Positions 12,501-28,720 of a DNA stretch of 64,000 nt are shown here, one piece after another; the stretch's first letter is position 1; each line of letters begins with the position of its first letter. The position numbers were made by a program, and so were the translations under genes. This stretch comes from the human T2T-CHM13v2.0 reference genome, Homo sapiens. Under the pieces are notes generated by a model that was given only the letters and a program-made list of their open reading frames with translations, had not been told where the DNA came from and ran no database searches. Location of the stretch: assembly GCF_009914755.1 (NCBI RefSeq), contig NC_060928.1. One strand, written 5' to 3'.

Positions 12501-15500
12501 CAATAACATCTAAGCAAAGACTACAAAACTGCAGCCTTAGCAAAAGGTACGACTGGTGCTCTTTCACACAAAGGCCACTGCTCTGCTGACAATGCTGGCA
12601 CCTTCCTCCAAAACCATTAATTTAAGAGGATAAAATGAATAATTCACAGAGGCCATAAAATAAAGAGCCTTCAACCCTAAATATTACATTACTCAAGATT
12701 TTTGTTTCCCTTAATTCACTCATGAAACTGTCCAGAAGTGCACAATGATTTTGAAAGTTTTTTTTTTTTTTTTAACCAAAGAAACTTCAAGATTGGCCAT
12801 AAATAGCCTGGGTTATTTAACCCTTAAAGCAACTCACAAGTCCCATACCTGCAAGTTGGAAAATGAGCTGTGTATGTCTGCAGAGGCAAGGAGAGTATAC
12901 ACTGCCCAATGTGCCTCAAGAAGTGGCCAAGGAGCACTCACAGGAGCCTCACAACTTGTATCTTATGTATCTATTAGGCATGTCATTCACCTACCATGTG
13001 CAGTCTAAAGTCAGGCAATGCACATATCTTACAAATGTCATCGTCCCAGTCATGAAAGGTAGGAAATATGTTCACTACTGTTTACTACCACACCTTCAAT
13101 ATCTAAGAGGCTGCTTAGTTTATAATATCGGTTAATGAATGCATGAATAAATATAAATGAACTGAAGAAGAGATATGATTCAGTACCTTAAAATTAATCT
13201 AATCTGGATTTCCCTCAGTTTGATAGTTTTTATGTTTCTGATTTTTTTTGAAAATCGTTAAATGAAATAGAGCATGAAAAGGTGTTTCACCTCAGTAAAT
13301 GTTTTATTAATAGCAATATACTCAACACATTTTTAACAGAAATGACAGCCTGACACCCTAAAGTAAGGACAAATACTCTATTTTTATTTAGCACAGATTA
13401 CTTGGCACACAATACTTATGGCACTACATGGAGATAAGGTGAAAAAGACGATCAATTTCTACCATTTTCTCCCTAAAGAACTGAGCTATAGAAAAGTAAA
13501 GAACCACAAAATAAAACAAATCTACACAGTGATGAAGGTTAAGAATATAGCCCAAAGACTTTGATTCTAAATCTCTTTCTCTTTTACTCTAAATGAGAAT
13601 CACCATTAGAAGGATTCATCCCCAAAACCACCATATAAATGATACCAATAATTTGCGACCACCACACCTGCTACCTCCCACCACTCACTATAAAGCTGCC
13701 ACTGTAGCAACTTTTCTTATCAAAAGCAAAAGTCACTTTGGAATCATATGTATGAATCCTTACAAGGAGACATGCTAGGTGCAGACTCACCAACCAGAAG
13801 AAAAGAGATCAGAATATTGGAGAATTATTTCTGAATGTCTGCCAGCATCTGCCTCAGATCTCTCTGGTTTCTTCAAATACCTGGACTTTGAGCAACTAGA
13901 AAACTTATATTGAAGATATGTCAGAGTGGTTTCAATTAGAGCTGATTGACAGCTAACATAGTTTTCTTAAAATTGTGAAGATATGTATTTGAATCCAAAA
14001 TCTAGCCTGAAATTTTGGCCAAATGCCTAGACTCTGGGCAGTATTTGAGCCCATCTGGCTCTGTGACAATTTGTCATTTTGCATAAAACTGTTGAAACTG
14101 CAAACTAAAAGCCCTCATCAGAAATATAAATAAAGATTATGATTAAGAAGTGCCTTGCCCCAGAGTTTGAGACAATTTCCATTGACTATAAGTATTATTT
14201 TTAATTGTGTCATAATTAACCAGTGACCAGCACTGGACCTGGAAGAGTACATTTTTCCACCTAATCAATGAAAAACCAACCAGAATAGACTTATTTTAAA
14301 AATACATTACAATTTATTTTATACTTAGCAGGTCAATAATTTTAAAAAGTAAGAACTCATTAATGATAACAGGACCTTTTCAGGGCAGCTTTTAGATAGG
14401 AGTTGCTTTCAACTTCCTTAAAAAGAAAAAGAGAAGAAATCTGGTACTGAGAATTATTGTAAAGAAATGGGATTGCCTATGCATTATTGTGAGGCCCTTA
14501 AATTAGTAAGTGGCAAAAGCTAACATGTGTTGAGCTTTTAATTGTGTCCCTGATACCATCTGTGCCTGATACCATTCTAACTGTGGACTGCTTTATTTGA
14601 TCCTCATAACAAAGCTTTAAAGTGAATACAATTGTTTCTCTCACTTTCCCTTCAGGAGGGAGCATGAAATTATTTTCCCAAGATCTTAAAGCTACAGCCA
14701 GAATTTTTCAAGGTATCTGATTTAGAAGTATTAAAACATTCATTGTGTTCAAGTATTCACCTCTTAGGAGTAGAGGCCAACAGATTCTGGCATTGTCACT
14801 CCATAAACACAGTACTACTCTCCCTATTTTACTTATACCAAAAATTAGAAAGCACACCTAATTATGCCAAATGATGAGAAAGAGCAATATAATATGAATC
14901 CTATTCTCAAGATTTTTGATATTGTAACTGGTGAAATCAACCAAAATAACAAAACTGAGTGGTTAAATCATTCACTATTCTGGTGATATTAAGTCAATAC
15001 TACATATTTCTTTATTATATTAGTTTCTTCCATTTTATTTGCTTTTTTCCCCGATAAAAGCAGGGTTTAATGAGAGACTGGTTACAATATGGTAGAAATA
15101 ATATTCCAAGTTAACTTTTGAACATACATTTAACTAAGTTTAATGTTGAATAAGCACAGAACTAGTTAAGTGTCCAGTTAGGAATCATGAAGCTGTCTGT
15201 TGTTATTACCAGCAAAGTTGGTTTATTTTTATTAACTACTTTGACACAAGGTTAAGAAATATAAGTAAAACCAATATTGTAATATTATTAAACAGTAATA
15301 CCTGTTAAGCATATTTTAAGATGCCTTTTAAAAAATGAATCAAGATTGTAAGATAGAATTAACCAGATCCTTACTTTTACAGATACCTTATCAGTATTAT
15401 CAGATACTTCCTACATTTAATTTACATAATAAAGCCTATGTCAGGAGGCAATATTCTCTTTGCATCTAAGATTTTTTTAAAGCAAGTACTTAACACTACC

Positions 15501-15566
15501 TATGGTATGTTGGGGTATGGAATATTTGCCCAACACTCTAAATTAATGAAGTCAGTTAATTTTTGA

Positions 15567-15936
<370 letters not shown>

Positions 15937-17309
15937 TCCACCAATAATTTAAATATAAAGAAGTGTGTGTGTGCACCTTTATGTGTGTGTTTCCAAATCT
16001 AACAACTTCATTTATAACATTATTTTAATCTGTTCCATATTTTAGTTAACATTTTACTTATTTTCATTTCATATAGGTGCTTATGTAACAACTTCTCATG
16101 TCATTACTCCTGCTTTTTGCCCTCTTTTTAAAATACTAAGTAACCTCTCTATAACATAATTCACAATTATATAAAGTTTATTGTGATCACCTTAAATACA
16201 AGGTCTCTGTCTTATTCATATGTGTATGTCTTACCCACGCTTTAGCCTGGTAGGTTGTTCAATAAATGCACTTTATCTTGAAGTGAAACTAAACCTCAAA
16301 TTCAGTAACAACCTAATGGAAATTCCAACATCTCTAGTTCATTCCTTAATTCACACTTTCATTCAGAAAACAAATATTTTTTAAGTTCTTAATGTGGCCT
16401 TAGCCTCTGCCCTGAGGGGCTGAGAATACCACTTTCAGGCACAGAGACAGAAACCTACTGTAGAAGATCAACATGCGAAAAGATCATTACAAATTGTAGG
16501 AAACACAATGAGGGACCTATCCTAGTGCACACAGAAAAGACAGAGAAGTGTGAAGGATTCTACAGCAGGGGTTCACTTAGCATTACATGACTATGATGCC
16601 AAGAGGTACCCTGAAAAGCCAATGGGTCAGGGAATAAACTTATAAATGATATACACTCAGCACAGAATACTTCATATATTTTCACTTTTTTAAAAAAGCA
16701 AAATACAACTAAATTTGTATGACAATCAGACACTAATCAGAAACTGGTATCATTAATAGAAACTAATAATGAGACATATATGGCTGATAGGCAGATGACA
16801 CCTATATTTTCCATTATACTTACAAATTATAAAGTAGCTAATTTACTTGTTGGAATGACTTTGAAATCTTGTAAATAAAATTATTCTGATCTTTAGGTAA
16901 GTCCTTGCAAAACCTCTGGTGGTGCAGACTCATACTACTACTAAAAAAAAAAATACACTTTAAGTCAGTTTATCGAGCCTACAGGTATTACTGTTTTATC
17001 AAACCTATAACTTGGTTACCCTCAAAAGTGTTAAATGGACTCAAATGCTTTATTTTCTTTAACTATAAAAATATTCATGAATACGATAGCATTAATCCAT
17101 AAAATAACCCTTCCAGCAAGACATAAAGTATATATTTACTATATTTCTATGGAAATTTAACATAAATTTTAAAATTTTGAGTTCACTCATATACGTTTCA
17201 GACCACACTTTTTTGCTTATAAACAGAAGTTCTAAGTACTCAGTAGACACTGAAATATATTTGCCAAATTGACTGCCAGAAACAGGCATTATTTTTCAAC
17301 GTTTTAAGA

Positions 17310-17520
17310 GTAAGGGCTTTGAAATAAGACAGAACTATTCAAATCCCAGCTCAGCCCTATACAAGCTCTATGAACCAGGGATGTTACTTAATGTCCTAAA
17401 TCATAGTGTTCTAATTGAACTATTAGGGAACTAATGTCAAGCTCAAGGAATGTTATAAGAAATAAACAAAGTAATGTATGCAAAACACTTAGCATAAAAT
17501 TAGGTGACAATAAATGTGAT
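17310..17520 (+). mobile_element. MIR
   Basis: GGCTTTGAAATAAGACAGAAC...TTCAAATCCCAGCTC...AAAACACTTAGCAT. Confidence 0.6.
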
Positions 17521-18008
17521 AGTAAATTTTTTAACAGATTCTGTACCTTGAAATAATCAAATTTTTTTCTGGGCTTACAAACAAAATATTCGATACCAAT
17601 ATTTATAAAACTGTGGCAATGTATATGTATTGTACTTTTGTTATTTAAGATGTCAATAAAAATGTTAATGTCATGGGGGAAATTTCATTAAATGTGTAAA
17701 CTTATTAAATGTATAAAACCAAATAAACCAAAAAAAGATAGCATATAAACCAGCTATATAGTATGACCATGACTTTTTAAAAATATGTCTTTTTATCTAT
17801 GTGTACACAGAAAAAAGACTGGAAGGAAATGAATTAAGATTTTATTGGCACTTACTAGTGGTGCTGATTAAAACTGCACTTTTTTTTTAACAAAAGTCCC
17901 TAAAACTAAATGTACTACTTTTATGATTTTAAAGAGTTATTTAATCTTATTTTTTGTAATGAGAACATTTAAAGATATAGATTATCAATTAACTATATAT
18001 AAAATTAT

Positions 18009-18310
18009 GGACAGGTATGGCAGCTCACGCCTGTAATCCCAGCACTTTGGGAGTCCTAGGCAGGTGGATCACCTGAGGTCAGGAGTTCAAGACCAGCCTG
18101 TCCAACACGGTGAAACCCCATCTCTACTAAAAATACAAAAATTAGCTGGGCGTGGTGGCAGGTGCCTGTAATCCCAGCTACTCGGGAGGCCGAGGCAGGA
18201 GAATGACTTGAACCTGGGAGGCGGAGGTTGCAGTGAGCCGAGTCACACCACTGCACTCCAGCCTGGGTGACAGAGCAAAACTCTGTCTCAAAAAAATAAA
18301 AAATTTAAAA
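18009..18310 (+). mobile_element. AluS
   Basis: GCTCACGCCTGTAATCCCAGCACTTTGGG...TACTAAAAATACAAAAATTAG...A-rich tail. Confidence 0.96.
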
Positions 18311-18485
18311 ACTTATTAACTATAAAAAGGGTGACTTTTAAATGACAAGCAGACAATCATTTTCACATTTTTAAACAAATTCCAGCTAATAATTTATGAC
18401 AGTCAAATAGATAATAATTAAATACTGGTTTTATACATATTTCTTTTTTCCAAAGAGGCTTTTTCTTAACTAAGGTATACACACG

Positions 18486-18487
<2 letters not shown>

Positions 18488-18518
<31 letters not shown>
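18488..18518 (+). repeat. (CA)n microsatellite
   Basis: About 15 CA units. Confidence 0.95.
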
Positions 18519-18521
<3 letters not shown>

Positions 18522-20269
18522 TTGCAAGTCCTAGCATCCTAAGCTACAAGAGAAAGAACCTTGTCAAATAAAGCTTGTAGCCACTCAGTTTTTCAGCTTC
18601 ATTACCTGCATAAAGATTGACCCACACAAAGCTGAAAAAGGTGGCAGGGAAAGCCAAAGCCATAGCAATACAAAAAAATATAAGTTCAAAGACAGAATTA
18701 TGCCAGATATAAAAGTTCAATGCCATTAAACAACAATCGGTGTCATAGCACAGCCTCTAAACTTTTTGCACTCCAAGATTTTTGTCATTTTGTCTGCTTT
18801 ATTACTGGAACTAGCTACATTAAATCAGAATCTTGATGTTTTAAAAAGTTATCCTCTGCTTTTGCTTATTCCTCACTAATTCAAAAGTCATTCAGCCATG
18901 TGGCTGCAGAGAAAATTTTCACATTGTAATTGTAAAAATAAGTAGTAACTCGGGAGAAAAATAATCAACTTTTAAAATTGTGGTTAACAAAATTAACTTC
19001 CATAAAATGATGTTTGGTAATCAAAGAAGTATTTTTAGGCTCATAAAAGATGCAATTTTAATGGTATTCACCTAAACAGAATGATTTTTAAAGATGTGTC
19101 TTAGAAAGCTCTTAAATTCAGCAAGCATGCTAGCCCAGGATTGAATAGCTGTTTGAATATTTTCAACTCAACTAGTTTTCTTCAACTCAACACAGTGAAA
19201 TAAATCAGAATGAATTTGAAAGAGTGGATATAAAAATTCATTAAGACAAATTACATTTCCCAGCCCAGTTCAGTAACAGCATTAATTCCTAGATCTGGCA
19301 TTTTCATGTATCAAACAAACAAACAAAAAAAGATATACCAAATTTAAAGAATATCAAGTACAACCTAGAGAAAGGTGTACATTCACACACATACTGCTCA
19401 ACCAAAATATGGAGTTCAAAACTTGAAGCACTGTTAGAAGAGCAATACATCAGCACTATCTTTTCTGCAAACTCACTGATTATGAGAAAGAAAGAAAACA
19501 TAAAAAGGTAGTTTTTATCTAATGATAATCAACTTGTCACATTCCAGGCATGTTATCTATATTCTATATAATTCATTGCCAACATAAAATGTCTTTTTTT
19601 GTCTCCCAGATATTGCTAAAGGCAGCCACAATGACACTCAGCAGACATCCCTTAAAAACAGAAAGCACAATAAATCACTGTTTTTCCCCCAAGAAAGGAC
19701 AATCCATCTTCAGTATTAGAAGAATAATATAGAATTTAATAGTACCAGTATATGTTGCAGTGTACTAAAAACACTTGATAAACAATGAGTTAAGACTGAG
19801 AACAGATATAAGGGTTCATGTAGCCAAATAAAGCTGATATTAAAGTTTAATAGCCTGTATATAACCTTGAGCATAAAAACCCAGTGACTTGGATACAAGC
19901 ACTTAAGGAGATATGAATCTAGCTCAATATTTATCAGAATATATTGCCAAAGTTTCAAGTCCTAGTGCTAAAACACTTCTTGGCCCTGAATCGGAAATGG
20001 GTTCTGTTGGAGTCAATCCAGAAAAACCAATTGGAATATGATTAGCAACCTTTGGTGACTTGGCCTGAAAAATTCAAATTCAAATTCAAAGAAAGAAATT
20101 AGTTATTTAATTGGCTATTTCATAATTCTGAAAGTATAGTATGCTATCATTTAATTGCAAAATAATTTTTCCATTAACTTTACAATTAAATTAATTATAC
20201 TTACTATAAAACAAAATTAAAATTTAATGTTGACGAGAACAATAAAAACAGTAACATATTACAATAGTT

Positions 20270-20470
20270 AACAGCTAACATTTGTTAAGCTTTTATTATG
20301 AGTCAGGCACTAATCTAAGCACTACATGTATATTCTCAAATCCTATAAAACTGATACTGTGATAACTCCTGTAATACAGGTGAGGAAACCAAGACAGAGA
20401 ACAAGTAAATAATTTAACCAAGATCACACAGTTGGAAAATAACAGTATCTGGGATTACTGAACCATTTGC
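20270..20470 (-). mobile_element. MIR
   Basis: AGCTAACATTTG...CAGGCACT...ACAGGTGAGGAAACCAAG...AAGATCACACAG. Confidence 0.7.
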
Positions 20471-23131
20471 CACTTTCTTCCCCTCTACTGCAGAAACTCA
20501 GGTGTGGTGGGGGTGACGGGGGTTGGGGGGGAATAACATTGATGCTCAAGTGTGTAAACTACAACAGTTTCAACTACTAAGTTCACATGTCACCTGGATT
20601 TTAAAAGGTGTTAAAGTGACTGATACTTGTTATACACTAAATAAATGTCACACAACAAATAAATATTTGCTGAAAAAAAGGGTGTCAAAGGGGGAAATAA
20701 AAGCTATTAAGGTTATTTTCTGCATCTAAAACATAAGTGGACAAACAAGGTCACCCAGTAACTTTGCTCTTATGAGTAACACCGATAATCTTTTTAAATA
20801 GAAACTTGCCAAATAAGATAAACACATTTGGTCATCAACTAAACTGAATAGGATGGAAATACATTTTACAGTGTGTTTTCATTCACCAAATATTAAAATG
20901 AATCCCATTCAAAATAATGTGTAAAAATATAATGAAAGCTGTAAAAAATAAAATAAATATATGTATTCTAGTACTCAAGACAAATTTTACATCCAACATT
21001 TAAAATGACAACTCCACCTGGTTGATCAACGACTAGCTTACCACTTCAAAAGAACAATATTTAATCTGGAATTGCATATTTTCTCCCAAAATAGGTTGCC
21101 TCCTTAGATTTCTGGGACTTTTTATGAATGAATTTCAGAGGTCATTAATAATATGAGTACTCTGAAAGTAGTTATTCATAATATGAATATTTAACACTTC
21201 TGTAGCTCTAGAAGTGAAACATCCTGAATTTCAAATATCTCTCAAATTTATCCCATTAGCTAAATTAACTAAGTTTCCAGTTTCAATATACTAAGGGCAC
21301 TTTTTTCCTAATGTAGAGATAACCTGTATTATCTCTTCATAATCAAAGTAATGATCATTTTCATGTCCACATCTTTCTAGAGGAATAAGAAAAACCAAAA
21401 CCAAGTAAGATTTTCAAAATTTCAGAAAACTGTGCAGAACATTCATGCTTGTATCTTCTCTAACAAAAAACACTAACTACAAGAAAGGCAAAAGTTCATT
21501 TTACCTTATCTTCTGAAATGTTTGGAAATCTACATTGAAATGACTTAAATGGTTTAAAATCTAAAAAGTTGTTGACAAAGGTCACAATGATAAGAAATAA
21601 AATGGTGCTAAAATACTTAATTACTCAATATATATTTAAGAGATGTCAATTTTATACAAGCAATAAAATATCTTCCCTTGGGTGGCTTTTCTGACCATTA
21701 ATCTTTTTATTGTGTAACAAGTAATACTTTGATATAATTAAGACAGTTTTTTAGCTTCCAATTCAGTGGACAGACACTTCATTTGCTTCTCTGTTGAAAC
21801 CGTTGTCTCAAGAAATCCAGCATTACTTTAAAAAGTAGTCTAACTCTGAGAACCTGTGTGCTGTGGTTTGTCACCCAACTTCCAAGGTTACCAGAATATA
21901 CAAACACTAAGCCAACCTTCCAGTTAAGCTTGCACCTGTGCAAGGAGAGTTCCCTTCCATTTCTCCAGTCAAAATAAAGTCCAGAAAATTGTTCAGTTCC
22001 CAATTACTGTAGTGACTAAATTACCAAAATAAATAAATTCAATTTAAGCTGGTCTATTTCCATCACAGGATTTCAAGGCTATTCTCCCTATGCTACAGGC
22101 AAGTTTTAACTTGTGTCTGGCCAAAGGAAAAACCTTTGCCAAATAATGTTCCTGCTGCCATCCCAGCTGGCTTTTCGTTTGTCCAAATCGCTCTCTAGTC
22201 GTTGTCTTTTCACTTCATAAACGCCACTGAGAATTGTGCCCACCACAGCCCCACCCCACTCCCAATCCCACTCCCAATCCCCAGGTTCAGATTATGGTAT
22301 TTGGTATAGTTCTTGAACTCCACATAGCCCGCTCCGGAAGCGCACTGCAAAACGCACCCCAGATGCTTTCCCAAATCTATTCCTTCATTCTCTCATTTCA
22401 GAAAATCGCTCTATTTATTCACCCTGAGAAAGTGGACTCAACCCCCGCTTTCGCGCTGGAGAAGGAAACACAATCATTCTCTCTTTCTCTTCCCCTCCCT
22501 CCCCAACACCTTCCCTCCCTCCTCCCTTGCCCCTCCTAATCTCCAACCCTAAGAGCAGCACTCAGACATGCAAACTTTCTAATTCCTTCCACCCTCCCCT
22601 GTCCCAAACACTGGGCAATTAGACTGGAGATAACAGACGCAGGGAAATCTGGGTTTCCATCTGTCAAGGAGTCCCCTTTCCCCACACCCGCTCTCATGCC
22701 CCCGCCCCCTCGAGGGGCTCTGGGGGCACCTTTATCGCTTCTCCCCTGCCCTCTAGAAAACCACCCGTAACTGGAGGCTCCCGCGCGGCAGCTGCACCAA
22801 CAGCAGGTGATCCAGGTGGTGCGAGGCGATGCCTTGTTATGGCATCCTGCCCTCTGCAGGGACACCACTGAGGGCCACATGAAATGACCCCCAGCAGTCC
22901 TGCAAAAGCAAAGGGGTGGAGGAGGGTCTATGCACCCTGCCCTGTGCCCCAGTCTCTCCCACCCTGTCCTCCGCAACCGAGGAGACCCTGGCATCTGGGA
23001 GCGGGCTGGGCCGAGAAGGCAAGATCAATAAAGTTCAGCAAGTAGACAGCTGGGAGCTGGGTGCTACTGAGTTCTAGAAAGGGGGAGTAGAGACGGAAAT
23101 ATCCGAATCGGTGAAATGTAAATCGTGTCTA

Positions 23132-24670
<1,539 letters not shown>

Positions 24671-24702
24671 CTAACTACTCCTGGCAGCACGGGAGGAGGC
24701 AC

Positions 24703-24710
24703 TGACGTCA
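24703..24710. promoter_or_regulatory. Full palindromic CRE (CREB/ATF site)
   Basis: Exact TGACGTCA about 460 bp upstream of the KCTD8 ATG, inside the CpG island. Confidence 0.75.
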
Positions 24711-24789
24711 AGCCCCGGACTGGGACCCGAGCCTCAGCTGTCATTTAAAGAGATAGGCTGCAGCCGCGGCTCCCGGGCTCCGACGCTAG

Positions 24790-24799
24790 GGGGCGGGGC
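24790..24799 (+). promoter_or_regulatory. GC box (Sp/KLF site)
   Basis: Exact GGGGCGGGGC in the promoter island. Confidence 0.6.
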
Positions 24800-27700
24800 C
24801 GAGAGCCGAGCCTGCAAGAGGTGCAGCTCCCCGACCCGCGGGGACAGGCAGGCAGGGAGCTCCTAAAGCAAAAGCGAGAAAAAGGGACAGCGCTCTCATT
24901 CCTTCATTTCACTCCCTCCTTGGGTCTGTGCCACCCCCTTTCCTCCCTCCTTTCCTTCTTCTCTTCCTTCCTTCCTTGCCTCCCTCCCCAGTAAAACTAG
25001 TTTTTTGCACTTTCATTAAGGTAAGGAGTGGAGGAGCGGAGAGGGGAGAATAAGGTTTTGATTATAGCAAAGATGCCAGGCTCCTAATCTGAAATCACCA
25101 CAAATGTTGGCTTGCCAGCAGTGATTGCAAAAAGATTACGTGAGGGTGGGAAGGTACATCTCTTGTAGTGGCTTTATGATACAGTTTAAGTGAAGGGCTA
25201 AATGCGCGTACCTCTCTTGGAATCAAATTTCACGACTGCGTGCACTGAATATTCTTGAATAATTTTTAAAACTTTGTAATCTGCTTTCAGTTCACAATAA
25301 TAAAGGAGTGTATGTAACAACTGTTTCCTTCCGACATTTTTACAATTTTTAGTTTTAAATTAGATGCTTAATAAATGTTTATAGAGGGAGAGACGGAGCC
25401 CGAGAGGAAATTTACTCGATTTGTTCATTCTTTCTAATCCTGATCAGTCTCATTAATCTCTCCATTTCCCTTTCAGCTCCATCAAACAAGAGAAGTGGCT
25501 GATATTTTTATTAGTCTTCTAACCCCAAGAGTAAGGTCACAAATAAAAATTATATGAATTTAAGCTCACCTTAATTTCCATGTGTACATAGTACAGGTAC
25601 AGTCTGCAAAATGAGCATTACTTGTGATAAAGACTGAAAATAGGAAAGCAAATGAGAAATATTTCTTCTACCCTGGGGCATACATCTGTGTTCAGAAACA
25701 TAAAGAATCATTGATTTATGAAGTACAAAAGAGAAAAGGGTGTATTGTGGCACAAAGTAGTTTGCTTCAATTATCATAACAATATTACAGATGAACTTTA
25801 TCCATTAGCAGTCGATATACAGATTTTAATATTTTTTAAAAAGTTAAATGCCTACTAACAACTCCTTTTCTTCAAACCACCCAAAAAAGTATCAAATTTC
25901 AGATACGGTTGTAAATTAATACATTATTTTTGGAACATTACAAATTATGTTTAAATCATTGATCCTTATAAGCTGCATCCATAGACAATGTTATACCAAT
26001 TTTGAAGTTGCATTATATGAAGCAGAGAGAACCTAATGGACCAATGAAAGAACAGAATATATTTGCCAAAGGACTGAGACTTAAAACGGGGGTTTCGGTA
26101 TGCATCATCATGCAATCCTTTTACTCAAAACTATTGTGTCCTGCCAAATTTATAAACTGATTGATCAAATTAACTAATTTAATTGATTTAGCCTTCATTT
26201 AAAAGTTAAAACCAAGTATTAAAATAACAGAAAAAATACACTATTTTCTGCCTCATTAGAAGAATATTCGGGATTTAAAGTAATCGTTCCTGGATAAATG
26301 AATTAATAGATGCTTTATAATCTTCATAGATGAATATATAATAATGCCTCAAACCACTACTAGTGAAGCCCATTTATCATAAGGTAAGTGTCCCTAATGA
26401 TAAGTAAGGTGCAGACTGTAGAACTGTAATGAAGTGGATATATAATAAATATGCATGTGAATATGAAGTCGCTAATATCAGGTTGAAATCCATCTTTACT
26501 TTTGAATTAAATAAATTATGTCTATAAGATAAAGTGATCAAAAATTTATACTCTAAATGAATCATCTCAAAAATTCACAATGAATTGTATTGTTTGATAT
26601 ATTCCTTTTTAAAATGATTCCTTCAACTTGATTAAACATTTTTTCTTAATTTCTTCTCTCTTCACACTCCTATTACTCTCCTCTGTCTCCCAGTTATACC
26701 CTTCAACCAAACTCAGACTGAACAAATTGCAGATCTACAATGTTTCTATCTTTCCCCTTCCTTCTGCTAGGAATGCCCTTCCTCTTCCACCAGATCCCTA
26801 ACCCATTCTCCCTGCTTACCAATTTCCTCCAGCTCTTAGTTTAAATATCACTTTCTCTAGAAATCTTTACATTCACTTACCCAACCTAGTGAAGCGTCTT
26901 CCTAAGATGTTCCCATAAGATCCCATGTTTATACATGGGCAAGGTTTATCACACTGATGTGTAACTGTGTCCCGCCACGTTGTAAAAATGGCATGCGACC
27001 GTATGCACTATTATATCCCCATGGAGGTAGGCTATAGAGGTAGCCCATAAAGAGATAGCCAATTTATATGTGTTGAAAGCTCACTGAATAGAACTGTATT
27101 AATATCATAAATAGATGACAATGCATCACCTATGTGCTGGGTACCAGGCTAAATAATGAGATTGCAGGATTGAGTTAGAACTGTTCTTCACAATTAAAAT
27201 CAGGTAAAGTGAGAACCAGAATCTAATCAAAATAAACTCAGAAATAAAAGAGAAGAGAAAGCAAGAAAGAGACACAATTGAAGCAATCCATTTGGTGAAC
27301 TGAGCAATCAACACCAAATACCGTAATCAGAACCATTTTGCTCTAAGCCACAGACACCATTAATGTTCCTTAGACCAATTTGATCACATATGTGGGTCCT
27401 TTAAGATCTTCTGTTGCTACGCAAAGACAAGGCAGCAAGCTTCTCTGAATAGAAATTACACTAGAACAGTTCCCATACCCAGCACATTTTAAAATAACAC
27501 GGTCAAACCTGAGTGTCTCTAAAAGCACAGCAAACAAACCAAAAAGGATATATTGAATCCAGATTTTAACACATAAATAATTTAAAATTTATAATAACAA
27601 ATATTTCTTCACCAGGTAGAGAGTTACTTAAAGGCAGAAAATGTATCTTCTTCTAAAGGGGAGGAAGAACACAAATGATAACGACATTTAGAATCAAATA

Positions 27701-28412
27701 GAACTAGGTTAAAATCTAACTTTGTCTCTTACTAGCTTTGCAATTTCAGCAAGTTACTCCGAACCTCAGTTTCTTCATGGGCACCATGGAAATAACAAAG
27801 ACCTCAGCTCATCACATCAATGATGGTTTGTAACAAATCCACCTAAGTTTGATGGAGTTCAATATATTTATAATGTGTATTTCACAGTATGGTTCTCAGG
27901 GATGGGAACAGAGTTACATCTTGACTAGATAGATCCAAGATCCAGAAGCAGGTAACTGATTTTAGTCGCTCTACCTACCTTCCTTCCAGTTGTCTCACCC
28001 CTAAGGCCTGGGGTTACACAGCCCTGTCATTATGAACATCCCCATACCATCATGTCCTTCCCTGTCTGTATCTATTGTTGTCTCCTTCATTGCATGTTAT
28101 CATCCTAGACACTGATATAATTTCGTTGATTTAATTTACCTTGGTCCTGTTCTTTTTTTTTTTCTTTTAACTTTGTTCAGTCTTTTGACCATGGTCTAAT
28201 TACCCCTTTTAGCTTGCTTCTGTCCAAGGCCAACTGTGCTTCTAATTTTCAGGAAACCATCTGGTGTCTGTTAATCTAGTTCAGGACATTTGAAAGTTTT
28301 ACCAAAATAAATAAATAATAAACACAAACAAACAAAAAACCCTCAAGTATCTCATGTAATTCTAAGTAAAAAGCCTGACATTCTTTCCAGTACCAGAGCC
28401 TTTGCAATTTTT

Positions 28413-28720
28413 AGAGCAGTGCTGTCTAATACAAATATAGAAACCATATATCTCATTTTTAATTTCTTACAGCCACATTAAAAAATAAACATGAAATTAC
28501 TTTAATATTATTGTTTATTTAGCCCAGTATGTCCAAAATCTCATTTCAAAATGTATTAATGACATAATTTACATTTTGTTCCACACAAAGTCTTGAAAAT
28601 ATGGTATGTATTTAGCTCTTCTGACACATCTAAACAGTTATAACTTGGACTAGCCATATCTCATATGCTCAATAGTCGCATGTGCCCAGTGGCTTCTAAA
28701 CTGAACAGCATAGCTCTAGA
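28413..28720. mobile_element. hAT-Charlie MITE (MER33/MER3-like)
   Basis: CAGTGCTGTCTAATA start, GGACTAGCCATATCTCATATGCTCAATAG, CTGAACAGCATAG end. Confidence 0.7.

Noticed and set aside
14545-14576. 16-bp imperfect tandem duplication
   Set aside because: Ordinary slippage within a MIR-like relic; no functional indication.
22536-22994. 152-aa minus-strand ORF in intron 1
   Set aside because: CpG-island shore sequence with no recognisable homology or exon structure.
24885-24894. REST/RE1 site (GGACAGCGCT)
   Set aside because: Only a right half-site; no CAGCACC left half at a suitable spacing.
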